52,440 nucleotides of DNA from Alphaproteobacteria bacterium (GCA_009926845.1 RFOF01000003.1:1-52440); one strand, 5' to 3'; counted from the stretch's first letter, positions 1 to 9,576 are shown. Made by a program: numbers and translations. The notes: generated by a model from the sequence alone, not told the origin.

Positions 1-126
1 AAACTCGCTCCTGGCCTGACTCCATATGCTGAAGTTAGCCTGGTTGAAGTTGACGGTCCAGGTACCGGCGCTACTGTTGACAACGATGGCACTGTATTCA
101 TCGTTGGTTCGGCTCTCTCCTTCTAA
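1..126 (+). CDS. C-terminal fragment of an outer-membrane porin (begins before the window)
   Basis: Frame 1 reads KLAPGLTPYAEVSLVEVDGPGTGATVDNDGTVFIVGSALSF*. The LAPGL-x-x-YAE segment and a terminal amphipathic beta-strand ending in Phe are typical of alphaproteobacterial porins. Confidence 0.75.
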   Translation, partial: KLAPGLTPYAEVSLVEVDGPGTGATVDNDGTVFIVGSALSF

Positions 127-150
127 TTTAGAAGAAGGTACGATACGGGG

Positions 151-180
151 AAAGGGCGGTGCTTGCACCGCCCTTTTTCT
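151..180 (+). terminator. Rho-independent terminator after the porin gene
   Basis: Perfect inverted repeat AAAGGGCGGTGC-TT-GCACCGCCCTTT followed by a T-rich tract. Confidence 0.9.
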
Positions 181-313
181 TTGTTGATTTAACGGGAAAT
201 CTAGTAGTCTATAGGGTATACAGATTGTGTGTTTTCTATAAAGGCAATTTCCATTGGTTTGGAGAGTGTTCTACTTATATCCTGATATTAGCTCCCCTTT
301 AATACTCATTTAT

Positions 314-1690
314 ATGTCAATTGATTCTGATAGTATTTTTCCTAAAATTTGTGAAGAACTAGACAAACTGCCGCTAAGCTCAAAACAAAAAGAGGAAGTC
401 ACTCCAAAGCTGCTCGAATACGCACGTTTTATGAGCACAAGTGGCGGAAAAAGAATAGGTGTCGAATTTCGTGATGACTCCACAATATTCAATTTTGAGA
501 AAAGGTTCAATATAGTAGCCCAGCACTTTTCGGCTGAAGGACTAACGGTCAAAGACTATCTTCAGGCGGCACTCAAGCAACCAGCACTTTTTATGCAATC
601 CCCTGATACAATCGTTGCCAATATCTTTGGAGTGGCCGAGCGATTTGGCACCGAAAGCCTTACAGTTAAGGATTATTTGAAAGCTGCAATCACGCATCCG
701 TCACTTTTTTGCCAGTCTCCAGCTACAATAGTGGCTAATATTACTGGCGTGGTTAAGCGATTTGCAAAGCAAGGGTTGACGCTTAAAGATTATCTAAAGG
801 CAATCCTTAAGCGACCGGCTCTTTTTTCTCGATCTCCCGATACGATTGCAGCTAATATCCTTGGAGTGGTCAATGAATTTTCTGCCGAAGGGCTGATAGT
901 CAGAGACTATTTAAAAGCCGCACTCAAGCAACCAGCGCTTTTCTATCAGTCTCCTACTACGATCATTGGTAATATCACCGGAGTGATCGAGCGATTTGCT
1001 GCCGAAGGCTTAGGAGGAAAAGATTATTTAAGAGCGGCCTGTAGGCAGCCGCCGCTTTTTTATCAATCCCCTAGCACGATTATAGCCAACATAACAGGTA
1101 TGGTCGATCAATTTGCTGCTGAAGGCATGACTGCTAAGGATTATTTGAAAGCAGCTATCAAGCAGCCTCCACTTTTTTGTCAGTCTCCCTCAACCATAGC
1201 GGCCAATATTACCGGTGTGGTCGAGCGATTTGCAGAGGAGGGGCTTACAATCAGTGATTATCTGAAAGCTGCTATCAAACAACCTCCTCTTTTCTACCAA
1301 AAGCCTGCCACAATCATTCGGCACATCGAGCTGTTTCTTGCAATGTACGACAGTGGCATTTTTCTCTTGCCCAAGCCCCGCCATAAAGAAGAACACTCTA
1401 CTCTACATCCCCACTTACATATGCCGGTTTTCACATTTCTTCTCAATAATCCCATTATGTTATGTCGAGATGATTCCAATATTCATCTTCGCCGTATATA
1501 TATGGAGCTATCTGGGGGGATGTCTAATTCTCGTATTTTGTTCAGTCCACGACATGAAATTGAGCGAAAGTTGATGCAGCATTTAGGGCATAGTGATCCC
1601 GCCTTCCCGGTAAGTAAGAATGCGAATCCTGTTCTCCTCAGCCTGATCCACGAGGGCTATATCAAGAGTGCTAGCTTGGAAGATTTATAG
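314..1690 (+). CDS. Tandem helical-repeat protein (7 x 39 aa, mTERF-like repeats)
   Basis: ORF 254..1690; ATG at 314 is the more plausible start. Seven repeats with consensus VVERFAAEGLTVKDYLKAAIKQPALFYQSPxTIxANITG. Confidence 0.7.
   Translation: MSIDSDSIFPKICEELDKLPLSSKQKEEVTPKLLEYARFMSTSGGKRIGVEFRDDSTIFNFEKRFNIVAQHFSAEGLTVKDYLQAALKQPALFMQSPDTIVANIFGVAERFGTESLTVKDYLKAAITHPSLFCQSPATIVANITGVVKRFAKQGLTLKDYLKAILKRPALFSRSPDTIAANILGVVNEFSAEGLIVRDYLKAALKQPALFYQSPTTIIGNITGVIERFAAEGLGGKDYLRAACRQPPLFYQSPSTIIANITGMVDQFAAEGMTAKDYLKAAIKQPPLFCQSPSTIAANITGVVERFAEEGLTISDYLKAAIKQPPLFYQKPATIIRHIELFLAMYDSGIFLLPKPRHKEEHSTLHPHLHMPVFTFLLNNPIMLCRDDSNIHLRRIYMELSGGMSNSRILFSPRHEIERKLMQHLGHSDPAFPVSKNANPVLLSLIHEGYIKSASLEDL
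515..1333 (+). repeat. Coding tandem repeat, 7 units of 117 bp
   Basis: Units start at 515 and recur every 117 nt. They are diverged in DNA and conserved in protein (DYL, P-x-LF, P-x-TI). Confidence 0.9.
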
Positions 1691-1749
1691 ATAGCATTTA
1701 GATAGGCCCGTGAGCATCCGCACGACATAAACAGAAATAATGTGCACAT

Positions 1750-1802
1750 TGTTTGAAATTCTCAAACATTTTCATTGAAACTTAACCAAATCACCCTACA
1801 CT
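1750..1802 (+). promoter_or_regulatory. Putative sigma70 promoter and operator for the czc-like operon
   Basis: TTGAAA (1775-1780), 16 nt, TACACT (1797-1802), with the ATG only 7 nt downstream (near-leaderless). Inverted repeat TGTTTGA-N5-TCAAACA at 1750-1768. Confidence 0.45.
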
Positions 1803-1809
1803 GCGCCAC

Positions 1810-2196
1810 ATGACAAAAATTCTTTTATCACTTTTCGTTGCTTTCACGCTTTTGCTTGCGCCTATGGCGCACGCATTTGAATGGACTTGCGAAGGTGATG
1901 GCTGCCAGATGTCTGAGCAAGTTAAAAAAACCCAGACGCAGGACAACCAGCAAGACACCGATAAAATGGCAGGCGTAGATCATCACTGCTGCTGCACCCA
2001 TGTTTCAGCCAATATCAATGCTGAGCTTTCCGCTCCTGAAGATGCTTCTAGCCAAGCTGCGTTTTCTCGTCAGGATATATTCATGAGTTCAGTGGTTCAA
2101 GGGCCACCACTTAAACCACCCTCACACGGCTTAATTCCTTCCTTCAGGCTTGCGCGCCTGAAAGAGTGCCTATTTAGGTGCTCTGATGCCACATGA
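1810..2196 (+). CDS. Small exported Cys/His-rich protein heading the efflux operon (CzcI/DUF2946-like leader ORF)
   Basis: Signal peptide (LLAPMAHA), C-x4-C and HHCCCTH motifs, Pro-rich QGPPLKPP segment, directly upstream of the czcC-like gene. Confidence 0.6.
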   Translation: MTKILLSLFVAFTLLLAPMAHAFEWTCEGDGCQMSEQVKKTQTQDNQQDTDKMAGVDHHCCCTHVSANINAELSAPEDASSQAAFSRQDIFMSSVVQGPPLKPPSHGLIPSFRLARLKECLFRCSDAT

Positions 2197-2238
2197 CCTA
2201 TGTCTATTGTCCAAGGAATTTAGCGGTGAGAATCCCCA

Positions 2239-3579
2239 ATGCCAAAAATACATCAGAAGAAAATAGTATGGCTGCTATGCGCCACCATCTTGTCCAGCCA
2301 GCCCGTATTCGCACAAGACGCAGCGAAGCCGGAAACCAATAATACCCCTGCGGCGGTTGCCGCTGTGCCTCAAAAGATCACGGGCTTCACGCTGGATGAT
2401 GCGATTGCCAAAGCACTCTTGCAATCACCGCGCCTTAAAGGATTCAACAGTGGTGTTTCCGCTGCCAAGGGCGAAGAAAGACAGGCGGGTGCATGGGTAA
2501 ACCCTGAAGTGGGTGTGGAAGCCGAAAATGTCGCAGGACAAGGCGCATATAAAGGCTTCGACTCAGCAGAAGTAACCTACGGGGTCACGCAGGAAATTAC
2601 CATCGGTGGGAAGATTTCAGCACGCGAAGGCATTGCGGGCAAAGGGGTAGAAATCGCATCACTTGAAGCGCAAGGGGCAGCGCTGGATGTGATTCGTGAT
2701 GTGACCAGTGCCTATGCCGATGTAGTGGCAGCGGAAGAAAATGTGCGTCTTGCCACGGAACAGAAAGAACTGGCCGAGGATGTGTTGAAATCGGTCAGCG
2801 TGCGCGTGGGGGCTGCTGCTGCACCGCTGATTCAGAAAAGCCGCGCAGAGGTGGAACGCTCAACCGCCACCATCGCACTCGATAAGGCAATCCGCGAGCG
2901 TGACATTACGCGCAAGAAGCTGGCCTCGCTGATGGGTGAAGAAGCCTTCACGCTACCGCTTGATACCACTGCCTTCTTCGCCATTACCAAGCCAGAACTC
3001 CCCGCTTTGGAGGAGAAGCTGAAAGCAAATCCGGATATTTTAAAGCTCAATAGCAGCCTAGAGCAATCCAAGGCGCGGCTTGATCTGGAGCAAGCAAATG
3101 CCATTCCCGATCCACGTCTTAGCGTAGGTGTTCGTGATTTCCGCGATAGTGGCGATCAGGCGTTTTTAGTGGGTGTATCGCTACCGATTCCCGTGTTTAA
3201 CGCTAACCGTGGCAATATCGAGAAAGCACGGAGTGACGTAAGCCGCGCCGAACTGGATAACCGCCAGATGGTGCTTGATGTTGGTGCGGAGCTAACGAGC
3301 GCACATGAACGGATGCAAAATGCCTATGTTCAAGCTGAAACGCTAAAAACCGAAATTCTTCCTTCTGCCGATAAAGCCTTCCGTTTGGCGCGTGAGGGCT
3401 ATGGATCGGGACGTTTTCCCTATCTCGAAGTGCTGGATGCGCAACGCAGTCTATTTGGAGTAAAGCAGCAACGCATCGAAGCTATACGAGAATTTCATTC
3501 AGCCAAAGCACAGGTGGAGCGGTTAACCGCCATACACTTGGGCAGCATTAAAAATACAGGACAAACTCATGTTGAATAA
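2239..3579 (+). CDS. czcC: TolC-family outer-membrane factor of a heavy-metal RND pump (CzcC-like)
   Basis: Signal peptide, OEP-type repeats, VGVSLPIPVFNANRGNI and YGSGRFPYLEVLDAQR motifs; first gene of a C-B-A triad. Confidence 0.88.
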   Translation: MPKIHQKKIVWLLCATILSSQPVFAQDAAKPETNNTPAAVAAVPQKITGFTLDDAIAKALLQSPRLKGFNSGVSAAKGEERQAGAWVNPEVGVEAENVAGQGAYKGFDSAEVTYGVTQEITIGGKISAREGIAGKGVEIASLEAQGAALDVIRDVTSAYADVVAAEENVRLATEQKELAEDVLKSVSVRVGAAAAPLIQKSRAEVERSTATIALDKAIRERDITRKKLASLMGEEAFTLPLDTTAFFAITKPELPALEEKLKANPDILKLNSSLEQSKARLDLEQANAIPDPRLSVGVRDFRDSGDQAFLVGVSLPIPVFNANRGNIEKARSDVSRAELDNRQMVLDVGAELTSAHERMQNAYVQAETLKTEILPSADKAFRLAREGYGSGRFPYLEVLDAQRSLFGVKQQRIEAIREFHSAKAQVERLTAIHLGSIKNTGQTHVE

Positions 3580-4711
3580 ACGAAAATTGATATTCTTACT
3601 TGCGTTGCTAGGAATTGCTGGTGGCGTTTACATGTATCGAGAGTCAGCGCATGATAATAAAACTGCACCACAAAGTGCAGAGAATCATGGGCACGGCGAT
3701 GCCGATGAACATGGTCACGGCAAAGAACATAAAGACGATCACGCTGAAGGTGGCGAACATGGCCACGGCGATAAGGATGAACATGCCCACGCTCCGGAAG
3801 CTAAGGGTGCGGATGAACATGGTCACGACCACGAAGAAGCCAAACCTGCCGATGAGCATGGGCATGGTGGACATGGCGAGGAAGGCGGTCATGCGGAAGA
3901 GAGCAAAATTAGCGACACTGCTGCAAAAAATCTGAATATCGAAGTGATGGAAGCTAGTAGTGGCAAAGTACAGGAAACGGTAAGTGTTTCTGGCCGTGTA
4001 ACGCTGAACCAGAATACCACCGCGCAGGTGAAAGCACGCTTCCCCGGAATTATTCGCAGCGTGGTAAAAGAACCTGGAGAAATGGTCAAAGCGGGTGACA
4101 CGCTGGCTACCGTAGAAAGCAATGATTCTCTGCAAGTCTATGCTGTGAAGTCGCCTGTTTCCGGCACCATTATCACCCGCAATGCGAATGTGGGCGAACT
4201 TGCGGCGGATGCACCACTGTTTGTGGTAGCGGATTTAGGCAAGCTATGGGCGGAGTTATTCATTTTCTCGAAAGACGGAGAAAAGCTGAAAGCGGGTCAA
4301 AAAGTCCACATTCAATGTCTGGATGACAATATAAATACCGAATCCACGATTGCGCTGGTGCTGCCCACTGCCGAAGCCTCCAGCCAAACCGTGGTGGCGC
4401 GTGCGGTGATTGAAAACGACGATAACCACTGGCGTTCGGGTATGAACATCCGTGCCGATGTTGTGCTGACGGAAAAGGAAGTGCCGCTGGTTGTAAAAAC
4501 TGAGGCCATCCAGCGCATGGAAGGCAACAACGTGGTGTTCGTGCAGGAAGAAGGTGGTGTGTACAAAGCACAGCCAGTCGAGCTTGGCGCATCCGATGCA
4601 ACATGGACGGAAATCAAAAGCGGTCTGAATGCAGGCCAGCACTATGTAGCCAAAAACAGTTTTGTGGTAAAAGCAGACATCGGCAAGGCTGGTGCGGAAC
4701 ACGAACATTGA
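3569..4711 (+). CDS. czcB: Periplasmic adaptor (membrane fusion protein) with a His-rich N-terminal region (CzcB-like)
   Basis: N-terminal TM anchor, repeated DEHGH-type units, lipoyl-like VKARFPGII / VKSPVSGTI motifs, C-terminal GAEHEH. Confidence 0.88.
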   Translation: MLNKRKLIFLLALLGIAGGVYMYRESAHDNKTAPQSAENHGHGDADEHGHGKEHKDDHAEGGEHGHGDKDEHAHAPEAKGADEHGHDHEEAKPADEHGHGGHGEEGGHAEESKISDTAAKNLNIEVMEASSGKVQETVSVSGRVTLNQNTTAQVKARFPGIIRSVVKEPGEMVKAGDTLATVESNDSLQVYAVKSPVSGTIITRNANVGELAADAPLFVVADLGKLWAELFIFSKDGEKLKAGQKVHIQCLDDNINTESTIALVLPTAEASSQTVVARAVIENDDNHWRSGMNIRADVVLTEKEVPLVVKTEAIQRMEGNNVVFVQEEGGVYKAQPVELGASDATWTEIKSGLNAGQHYVAKNSFVVKADIGKAGAEHEH

Positions 4712-4729
4712 TCGTGAGGAACCAAAGCC

Positions 4730-7700
4730 ATGATTGAACGTATTTTAAGTTTCTCACTGCACCATCGCTATTTGATTGCACTGCTTACAGCTGCGGTGGC
4801 GGCGTTTGGGATTTATTCACTAAAAAATCTACCGATTGATGCCGTGCCGGACATCACCAACAATCAAGTGCAGATCAACAGCGTAGCGACTGCTTTTTCT
4901 CCGATGGAAGTGGAGAAACAAGTCACTTTCCCCGTAGAAACCGCACTCGCAGGAATTCCCGGACTTGAGTATACACGCTCGATTTCGCGCAACGGATTCT
5001 CTCAGGTCACGGCGGTATTTAATGATAATGTGGATATTTACTTTGCCCGCGCACAGGTAAATGAGCGCATTGCTGAAGCGAAAGAAAGCCTGCCCGAAGG
5101 CGTTGACCCGAAGATGGGTGCAATCTCGACCGGCCTTGGCGAGATTTATATGTGGACGGTGGAATACGAGCATCCACAAGGCAAAGGCGCAACCATTAAA
5201 GACGGACAAGCGGGCTGGCAATCGGATGGGAGTTACTTAACGCCCGAAGGCCAGCGGCTTAAAACCGATGTCGAGCAAGCCTCCTACCTTCGCACCGTGC
5301 AAGACTGGATTATCCGCCCGCAGTTGAAAGGCGTAAAGGGCGTGGCTGGTGTTGATGCGATTGGTGGCTATGTGAAACAATATCATGTGCAACCCAACCC
5401 CGAAAAGCTGGTGGCACTTGGCTTGAGTTTCTCGGATGTGGTGGATGTGTTGGAGCGCAACAACGCAAGTATTGGCGCGGGCTACATCGAAAAAAGCGGT
5501 GAAGCCTATGTGGTGAGGGCGGATGGACGTATTGAGAACGCCGAACAGATTGGCAATATCGTGGTGGCGAATCGCGGTGGTATCATTATCTACCTAAAAG
5601 ACATCGCCATCGTAGGTATTGGCAAGGAACTTCGCACTGGCTCTGCTTCCGAAAATGGCAATGAAGTGGTGGTGGGAACCGCTTTGATGCTGATTGGCGA
5701 GAATAGCCGCACCGTATCCGAAGCGGTGGATCAGAAAATCACGGAAGTGAATAAATCCCTGCCTGTTGGCATCCACGCCAAAACAGTGCTCAATCGTACA
5801 AAGCTGGTAGATCGCACGATTGGCACGGTGCAGAAGAACTTAGCCGAAGGTGCGCTACTGGTCATTGTGATTCTGTTTCTATTGCTCGGTAACTTCCGCG
5901 CTGCGCTGATTACGGCGCTGGTGATTCCGCTTTCTATGTTGATGACGAGCATGGGCATGATCCGCGCAGGTATCAGCGGAAACCTGATGAGTTTGGGTGC
6001 GCTCGATTTCGGATTGATTGTGGATGGCGCGGTGATTATCACCGAAAACTGCCTGAGCCGATTGGCACATCGCCAGCACCACGAAGGCCGCACACTGACA
6101 TTGCAAGAAAGGCTGCATGAGGTAATGGTTGCCAGCCGTGAGATGATTCAGCCTTCCGTGTTCGGTCAGGCGATTATCATCATGGTGTATATCCCGCTGC
6201 TCACGTTCAGCGGCGTGGAAGGTAAGATGTTTGAGCCGATGGCAATGACAGTCATCTTCGCGCTGATTGCCGCCTTCGTGCTTTCGCTTACTTTCGTTCC
6301 AGCCATGATTGCGATTTTCGTGAAAGGCAAAGTGGAAGAAAAAGAAAGCCGCATCATCACGAAAACCAAAAGCTGGTATGAACCTGCGCTGCATTATGCC
6401 CTGCAATCCCCGATGAAAATCATCGCAGCGGCAACGGGTGGGTTTGTGTTTTCATTGGTACTGTTTTCTACAATGGGACAAGAGTTCATCCCAACGCTCG
6501 ATGAGAAAGACATCGCCATGCACGCGATGCGGATTCCATCCACATCGCTTTCTCAATCGCAGGAATTGCAGTTTGTAGTAGAAAAAGCGGTGAGCAGCGT
6601 GCCAGAAGTGGGGTTCGTATTCTCCAAAACGGGTACGGCGGAAATGGCCTCCGACCCCATGCCACCGAACGTATCCGACACCTTCATTATCCTAAAGGAT
6701 AAAGATCAGTGGCCTGATTCCAGTGCCACCAAAGAGGAGGTGTTGAGCAAAATCAGCAAAGCGGTTTCCGATGTTCCGGGGAATAATTACGAATTCACCC
6801 AGCCGATTCAGATGCGCTTCAACGAGCTGATTTCCGGTGTGCGTTCCGATGTGGCGGTGAAAGTGTACGGCGATGATTTTGCCACAATGGAAAAAACCGC
6901 CGCTGAAATTGTGAGCGCGCTTAAAACCATCGAAGGCTCGGCGGATGTGAAAATGGAGCAAACGAGCGGCCTTCCCATGCTGGAAGTAAAGCTCGATAAA
7001 AACGCCATTGCGCGTTATGGCCTCAATGTCAGCGATGTGCTGGATGTGCTGGCGATTGCCGTGGGTGGGCGCGAGGCTGGGTTGGTGTTCCAAGGGGATC
7101 GCCGGTTTGACATTCTAGTGCGGTTGCCAGACACCATGCGGCAGGATTTAACCGTGCTTGAGAATCTGCCTATCCTGCTTTCTGCCGATGATGACAACAT
7201 GGCGGATCGCATCGCTAACCAGCCGCACAATCGTCCCGCCTATATTCCGCTGAAGCAGGTGGCGAAGCTGGAAATCACGGACGGACCCAACCAGATCAGC
7301 CGTGAAAACGGCAAGCGGCGCGTGGTGGTGCAATCCAACGTGCGTGGGCGCGACATCGGCTCTTTCGTCGAAAACGCGCAAGCGGCGATTGATTCCAAAG
7401 TGAAGATTCCCGCTGGTTATTGGCTGGAATGGGGCGGACAATTCAAAAACTTGCAGGAAGCCAAAGCGCGGCTGGCCATGGTGGTTCCTGCATGCTTCTT
7501 CATGATTTTCCTGCTGCTGTTTACCGCGCTTGGCTCGGTGAAACAAGCGCTCTTGGTGTTCTCTGGCGTGCCGCTGGCACTCACGGGCGGCATTATTACC
7601 TTGTGGCTACGCGGGATGCCGTTTTCGATTTCGGCGGCGGTGGGCTTGATTGCGCTTTCTGGTGTGGCCGTGCTTAACGGACTCGTGATGATTACGCGCA

Positions 7701-7978
7701 TTAACCAACTGGTGCGTGAGGGCATCGAGGAGCACAAAGCCATCGTGGAAGGTGCGCTCTCCCGATTCCGCCCCGTGCTGATGACTGCACTGGTAGCAAG
7801 CCTTGGCTTCGTGCCAATGGCGATTGCCACAGGCGCGGGCGCAGAGGTGCAAAAACCGCTGGCAACAGTGGTCATCGGCGGACTCATCACCGCAACGATT
7901 CTGACGTTGCTGGTGCTGCCCGCCATTTACAAACGGTTCAACCTAGCCCGCGACCTGTTGGCAAAAGAGGAGCTGTGA
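4730..7978 (+). CDS. czcA: CusA/CzcA-family heavy-metal efflux RND transporter
   Basis: 1082 aa with LPIDAVPDITNNQVQI, SLGALDFGLIVDGAVII, RFRPVLMTALVASLGFVPMA and GAEVQKPLATVVIGG motifs. Confidence 0.95.
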   Translation: MIERILSFSLHHRYLIALLTAAVAAFGIYSLKNLPIDAVPDITNNQVQINSVATAFSPMEVEKQVTFPVETALAGIPGLEYTRSISRNGFSQVTAVFNDNVDIYFARAQVNERIAEAKESLPEGVDPKMGAISTGLGEIYMWTVEYEHPQGKGATIKDGQAGWQSDGSYLTPEGQRLKTDVEQASYLRTVQDWIIRPQLKGVKGVAGVDAIGGYVKQYHVQPNPEKLVALGLSFSDVVDVLERNNASIGAGYIEKSGEAYVVRADGRIENAEQIGNIVVANRGGIIIYLKDIAIVGIGKELRTGSASENGNEVVVGTALMLIGENSRTVSEAVDQKITEVNKSLPVGIHAKTVLNRTKLVDRTIGTVQKNLAEGALLVIVILFLLLGNFRAALITALVIPLSMLMTSMGMIRAGISGNLMSLGALDFGLIVDGAVIITENCLSRLAHRQHHEGRTLTLQERLHEVMVASREMIQPSVFGQAIIIMVYIPLLTFSGVEGKMFEPMAMTVIFALIAAFVLSLTFVPAMIAIFVKGKVEEKESRIITKTKSWYEPALHYALQSPMKIIAAATGGFVFSLVLFSTMGQEFIPTLDEKDIAMHAMRIPSTSLSQSQELQFVVEKAVSSVPEVGFVFSKTGTAEMASDPMPPNVSDTFIILKDKDQWPDSSATKEEVLSKISKAVSDVPGNNYEFTQPIQMRFNELISGVRSDVAVKVYGDDFATMEKTAAEIVSALKTIEGSADVKMEQTSGLPMLEVKLDKNAIARYGLNVSDVLDVLAIAVGGREAGLVFQGDRRFDILVRLPDTMRQDLTVLENLPILLSADDDNMADRIANQPHNRPAYIPLKQVAKLEITDGPNQISRENGKRRVVVQSNVRGRDIGSFVENAQAAIDSKVKIPAGYWLEWGGQFKNLQEAKARLAMVVPACFFMIFLLLFTALGSVKQALLVFSGVPLALTGGIITLWLRGMPFSISAAVGLIALSGVAVLNGLVMITRINQLVREGIEEHKAIVEGALSRFRPVLMTALVASLGFVPMAIATGAGAEVQKPLATVVIGGLITATILTLLVLPAIYKRFNLARDLLAKEEL

Positions 7979-8013
7979 TTTTTCAACCTAACCCCAAACA
8001 AAAAGGAATCTCT

Positions 8014-8292
8014 ATGAAAGACGTTAAATCCTTTCTCGCCGCATCCGCCCTTGCCTTGGTGCTTGGTTTCAGCACCAGCGTAATGGCTGGCGAAAACAAG
8101 GTCGAAGCCGGTGCGAAAGCTGAAAAGCATGAGCATAAAGACGGTGACCACAAAGACGGCGATCACAAGGATCACAGCAAGCATGAAGGCCACAAAGATG
8201 GCGATCATCATGACCACAAGGAAGATGAATCAAAAAATCATGACGACCACAAAGACCACAAAGACGGTGCAACATCCAACAAGAGGAATTAG
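8014..8292 (+). CDS. Secreted His/Asp/Lys-rich small protein, putative periplasmic metal buffer
   Basis: AAGGA RBS before ATG 8014, signal peptide, repeated HKDGDH/HKDH units. Confidence 0.7.
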   Translation: MKDVKSFLAASALALVLGFSTSVMAGENKVEAGAKAEKHEHKDGDHKDGDHKDHSKHEGHKDGDHHDHKEDESKNHDDHKDHKDGATSNKRN

Positions 8293-8294
8293 AC

Positions 8295-9065
8295 ATGCCC
8301 AGCAGCACGATCATCTCAAAGATTTTGTTATTAACCGGCGTGGTGGCGATTGGCGCATTGGGTAGTAATGCCAATGCCGCCACTCGGCTGTACTCTCCTT
8401 ACGTCACCCCAGGTGAGTTGGAGATTGAGTATTTCGGCAGCCGCAGCGTTGATGGCGATAATAGCAAGGATAACAAGCAAAAGCAGCAATTCGCTATCGG
8501 CTACGGCGTTAATGAGTGGTGGAAAACGGAACTGTATGCAAAATTTGAAAAAGAACCGCAAGACAATCTGAAGTTTGACGAATGGGAATGGGAGAACCTT
8601 TTTCAGCTAACTGAGCGGGGTGAATATTTCGTCGATGTGGGTGCTACAATTGCCTATGAATGGACGCCGCAGAGTGATCGCGCAGACAACGTTGAAGCGC
8701 GGTTATTGTTAGCAAAGGACATTGATAAAACCACCCACCTGTTAAATGTCATCGCCGAGAAGAACGTGGGTTCAGGGCCGAAAGACGGTGTTGAAGGAAA
8801 GTTGCTGTGGAGCAGCCGCTACAGCTATTCGCGTTACTTTGAACCTGGCTTTGAAATTGAGAGCGATTTTGGTGAGCTCAAAAATTCAGGCTCGTTCGAT
8901 GAACAGAAGCATTACATCGGGCCTGCCGCCTACGGGAAAATACCGCTTAATTTCACCTCTCGTGCTGATGGTCTTAAGTACCGCGTCGGTTATTTGTTTG
9001 GCGTATCCGATGCCGCCAATGACGGAGAGGCTATCCTACAACTGGAATATGAACTTCACTTTTAG
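8295..9065 (+). CDS. Outer-membrane beta-barrel protein, function unknown
   Basis: Signal peptide (ANA-A), alternating amphipathic strands, C-terminal LEYELHF. Confidence 0.7.
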   Translation: MPSSTIISKILLLTGVVAIGALGSNANAATRLYSPYVTPGELEIEYFGSRSVDGDNSKDNKQKQQFAIGYGVNEWWKTELYAKFEKEPQDNLKFDEWEWENLFQLTERGEYFVDVGATIAYEWTPQSDRADNVEARLLLAKDIDKTTHLLNVIAEKNVGSGPKDGVEGKLLWSSRYSYSRYFEPGFEIESDFGELKNSGSFDEQKHYIGPAAYGKIPLNFTSRADGLKYRVGYLFGVSDAANDGEAILQLEYELHF

Positions 9066-9080
9066 CTACAGGAGGAAATC

Positions 9081-9347
9081 ATGAATATCAGAAATTATAT
9101 ACTAATTCCGTTCCTAATATTTTCACTTGCTGCCTGCATTAAAGCGCCAACTTTAGAAGAGCGTATTGAAGGAAAGGTAGGTAGTCAGCGTAACGAAGAG
9201 CTGCACAACATTTGCGCTGAACGGGCTAAGTATCATGTCCCAGGTGGTCATAATACAAGCTACATAGGGCATGAGTCGCGTATGTCGGCGATTTGCGATG
9301 CTATGTATGAAACCAATTTACAGGAGGAAACAAATGCAAAGCACTAA
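9081..9347 (+). CDS. Small lipoprotein
   Basis: AGGAGG RBS; lipobox LAAC. Confidence 0.7.
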   Translation: MNIRNYILIPFLIFSLAACIKAPTLEERIEGKVGSQRNEELHNICAERAKYHVPGGHNTSYIGHESRMSAICDAMYETNLQEETNAKH

Positions 9348-9576
9348 AGCAGTATTATTTTTGGCTCTTACAGCTTCTTTCTTGACTGGCTGTGCCGATA
9401 GCTACCGAACTGATTTGGAGCAAAAGTTAGAAGGAAAATCTCCTCAAGAGAGACGGACCATCCTCCTTAAAGAATGTAACGATGAAATTAGCAAAGGAAT
9501 AAAACCAGACAATCCCGATAATGTACGTCACTTTGATAAAATCAAACAGGTCTGCAACAAGATGACTGCTCAATAA
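9334..9576 (+). CDS. Small lipoprotein, paralog of 9081-9347
   Basis: AGGAGG RBS before ATG 9334; lipobox LTGC; shares the LExxxEGK...R...L...C...C pattern with the preceding gene. Confidence 0.7.
   Translation: MQSTKAVLFLALTASFLTGCADSYRTDLEQKLEGKSPQERRTILLKECNDEISKGIKPDNPDNVRHFDKIKQVCNKMTAQ

Noticed and set aside
515-1333. Regular 117-bp periodicity as a CRISPR array
   Set aside because: The units are in-frame coding repeats with synonymous divergence, there is no repeat-spacer alternation, and no cas genes are present.
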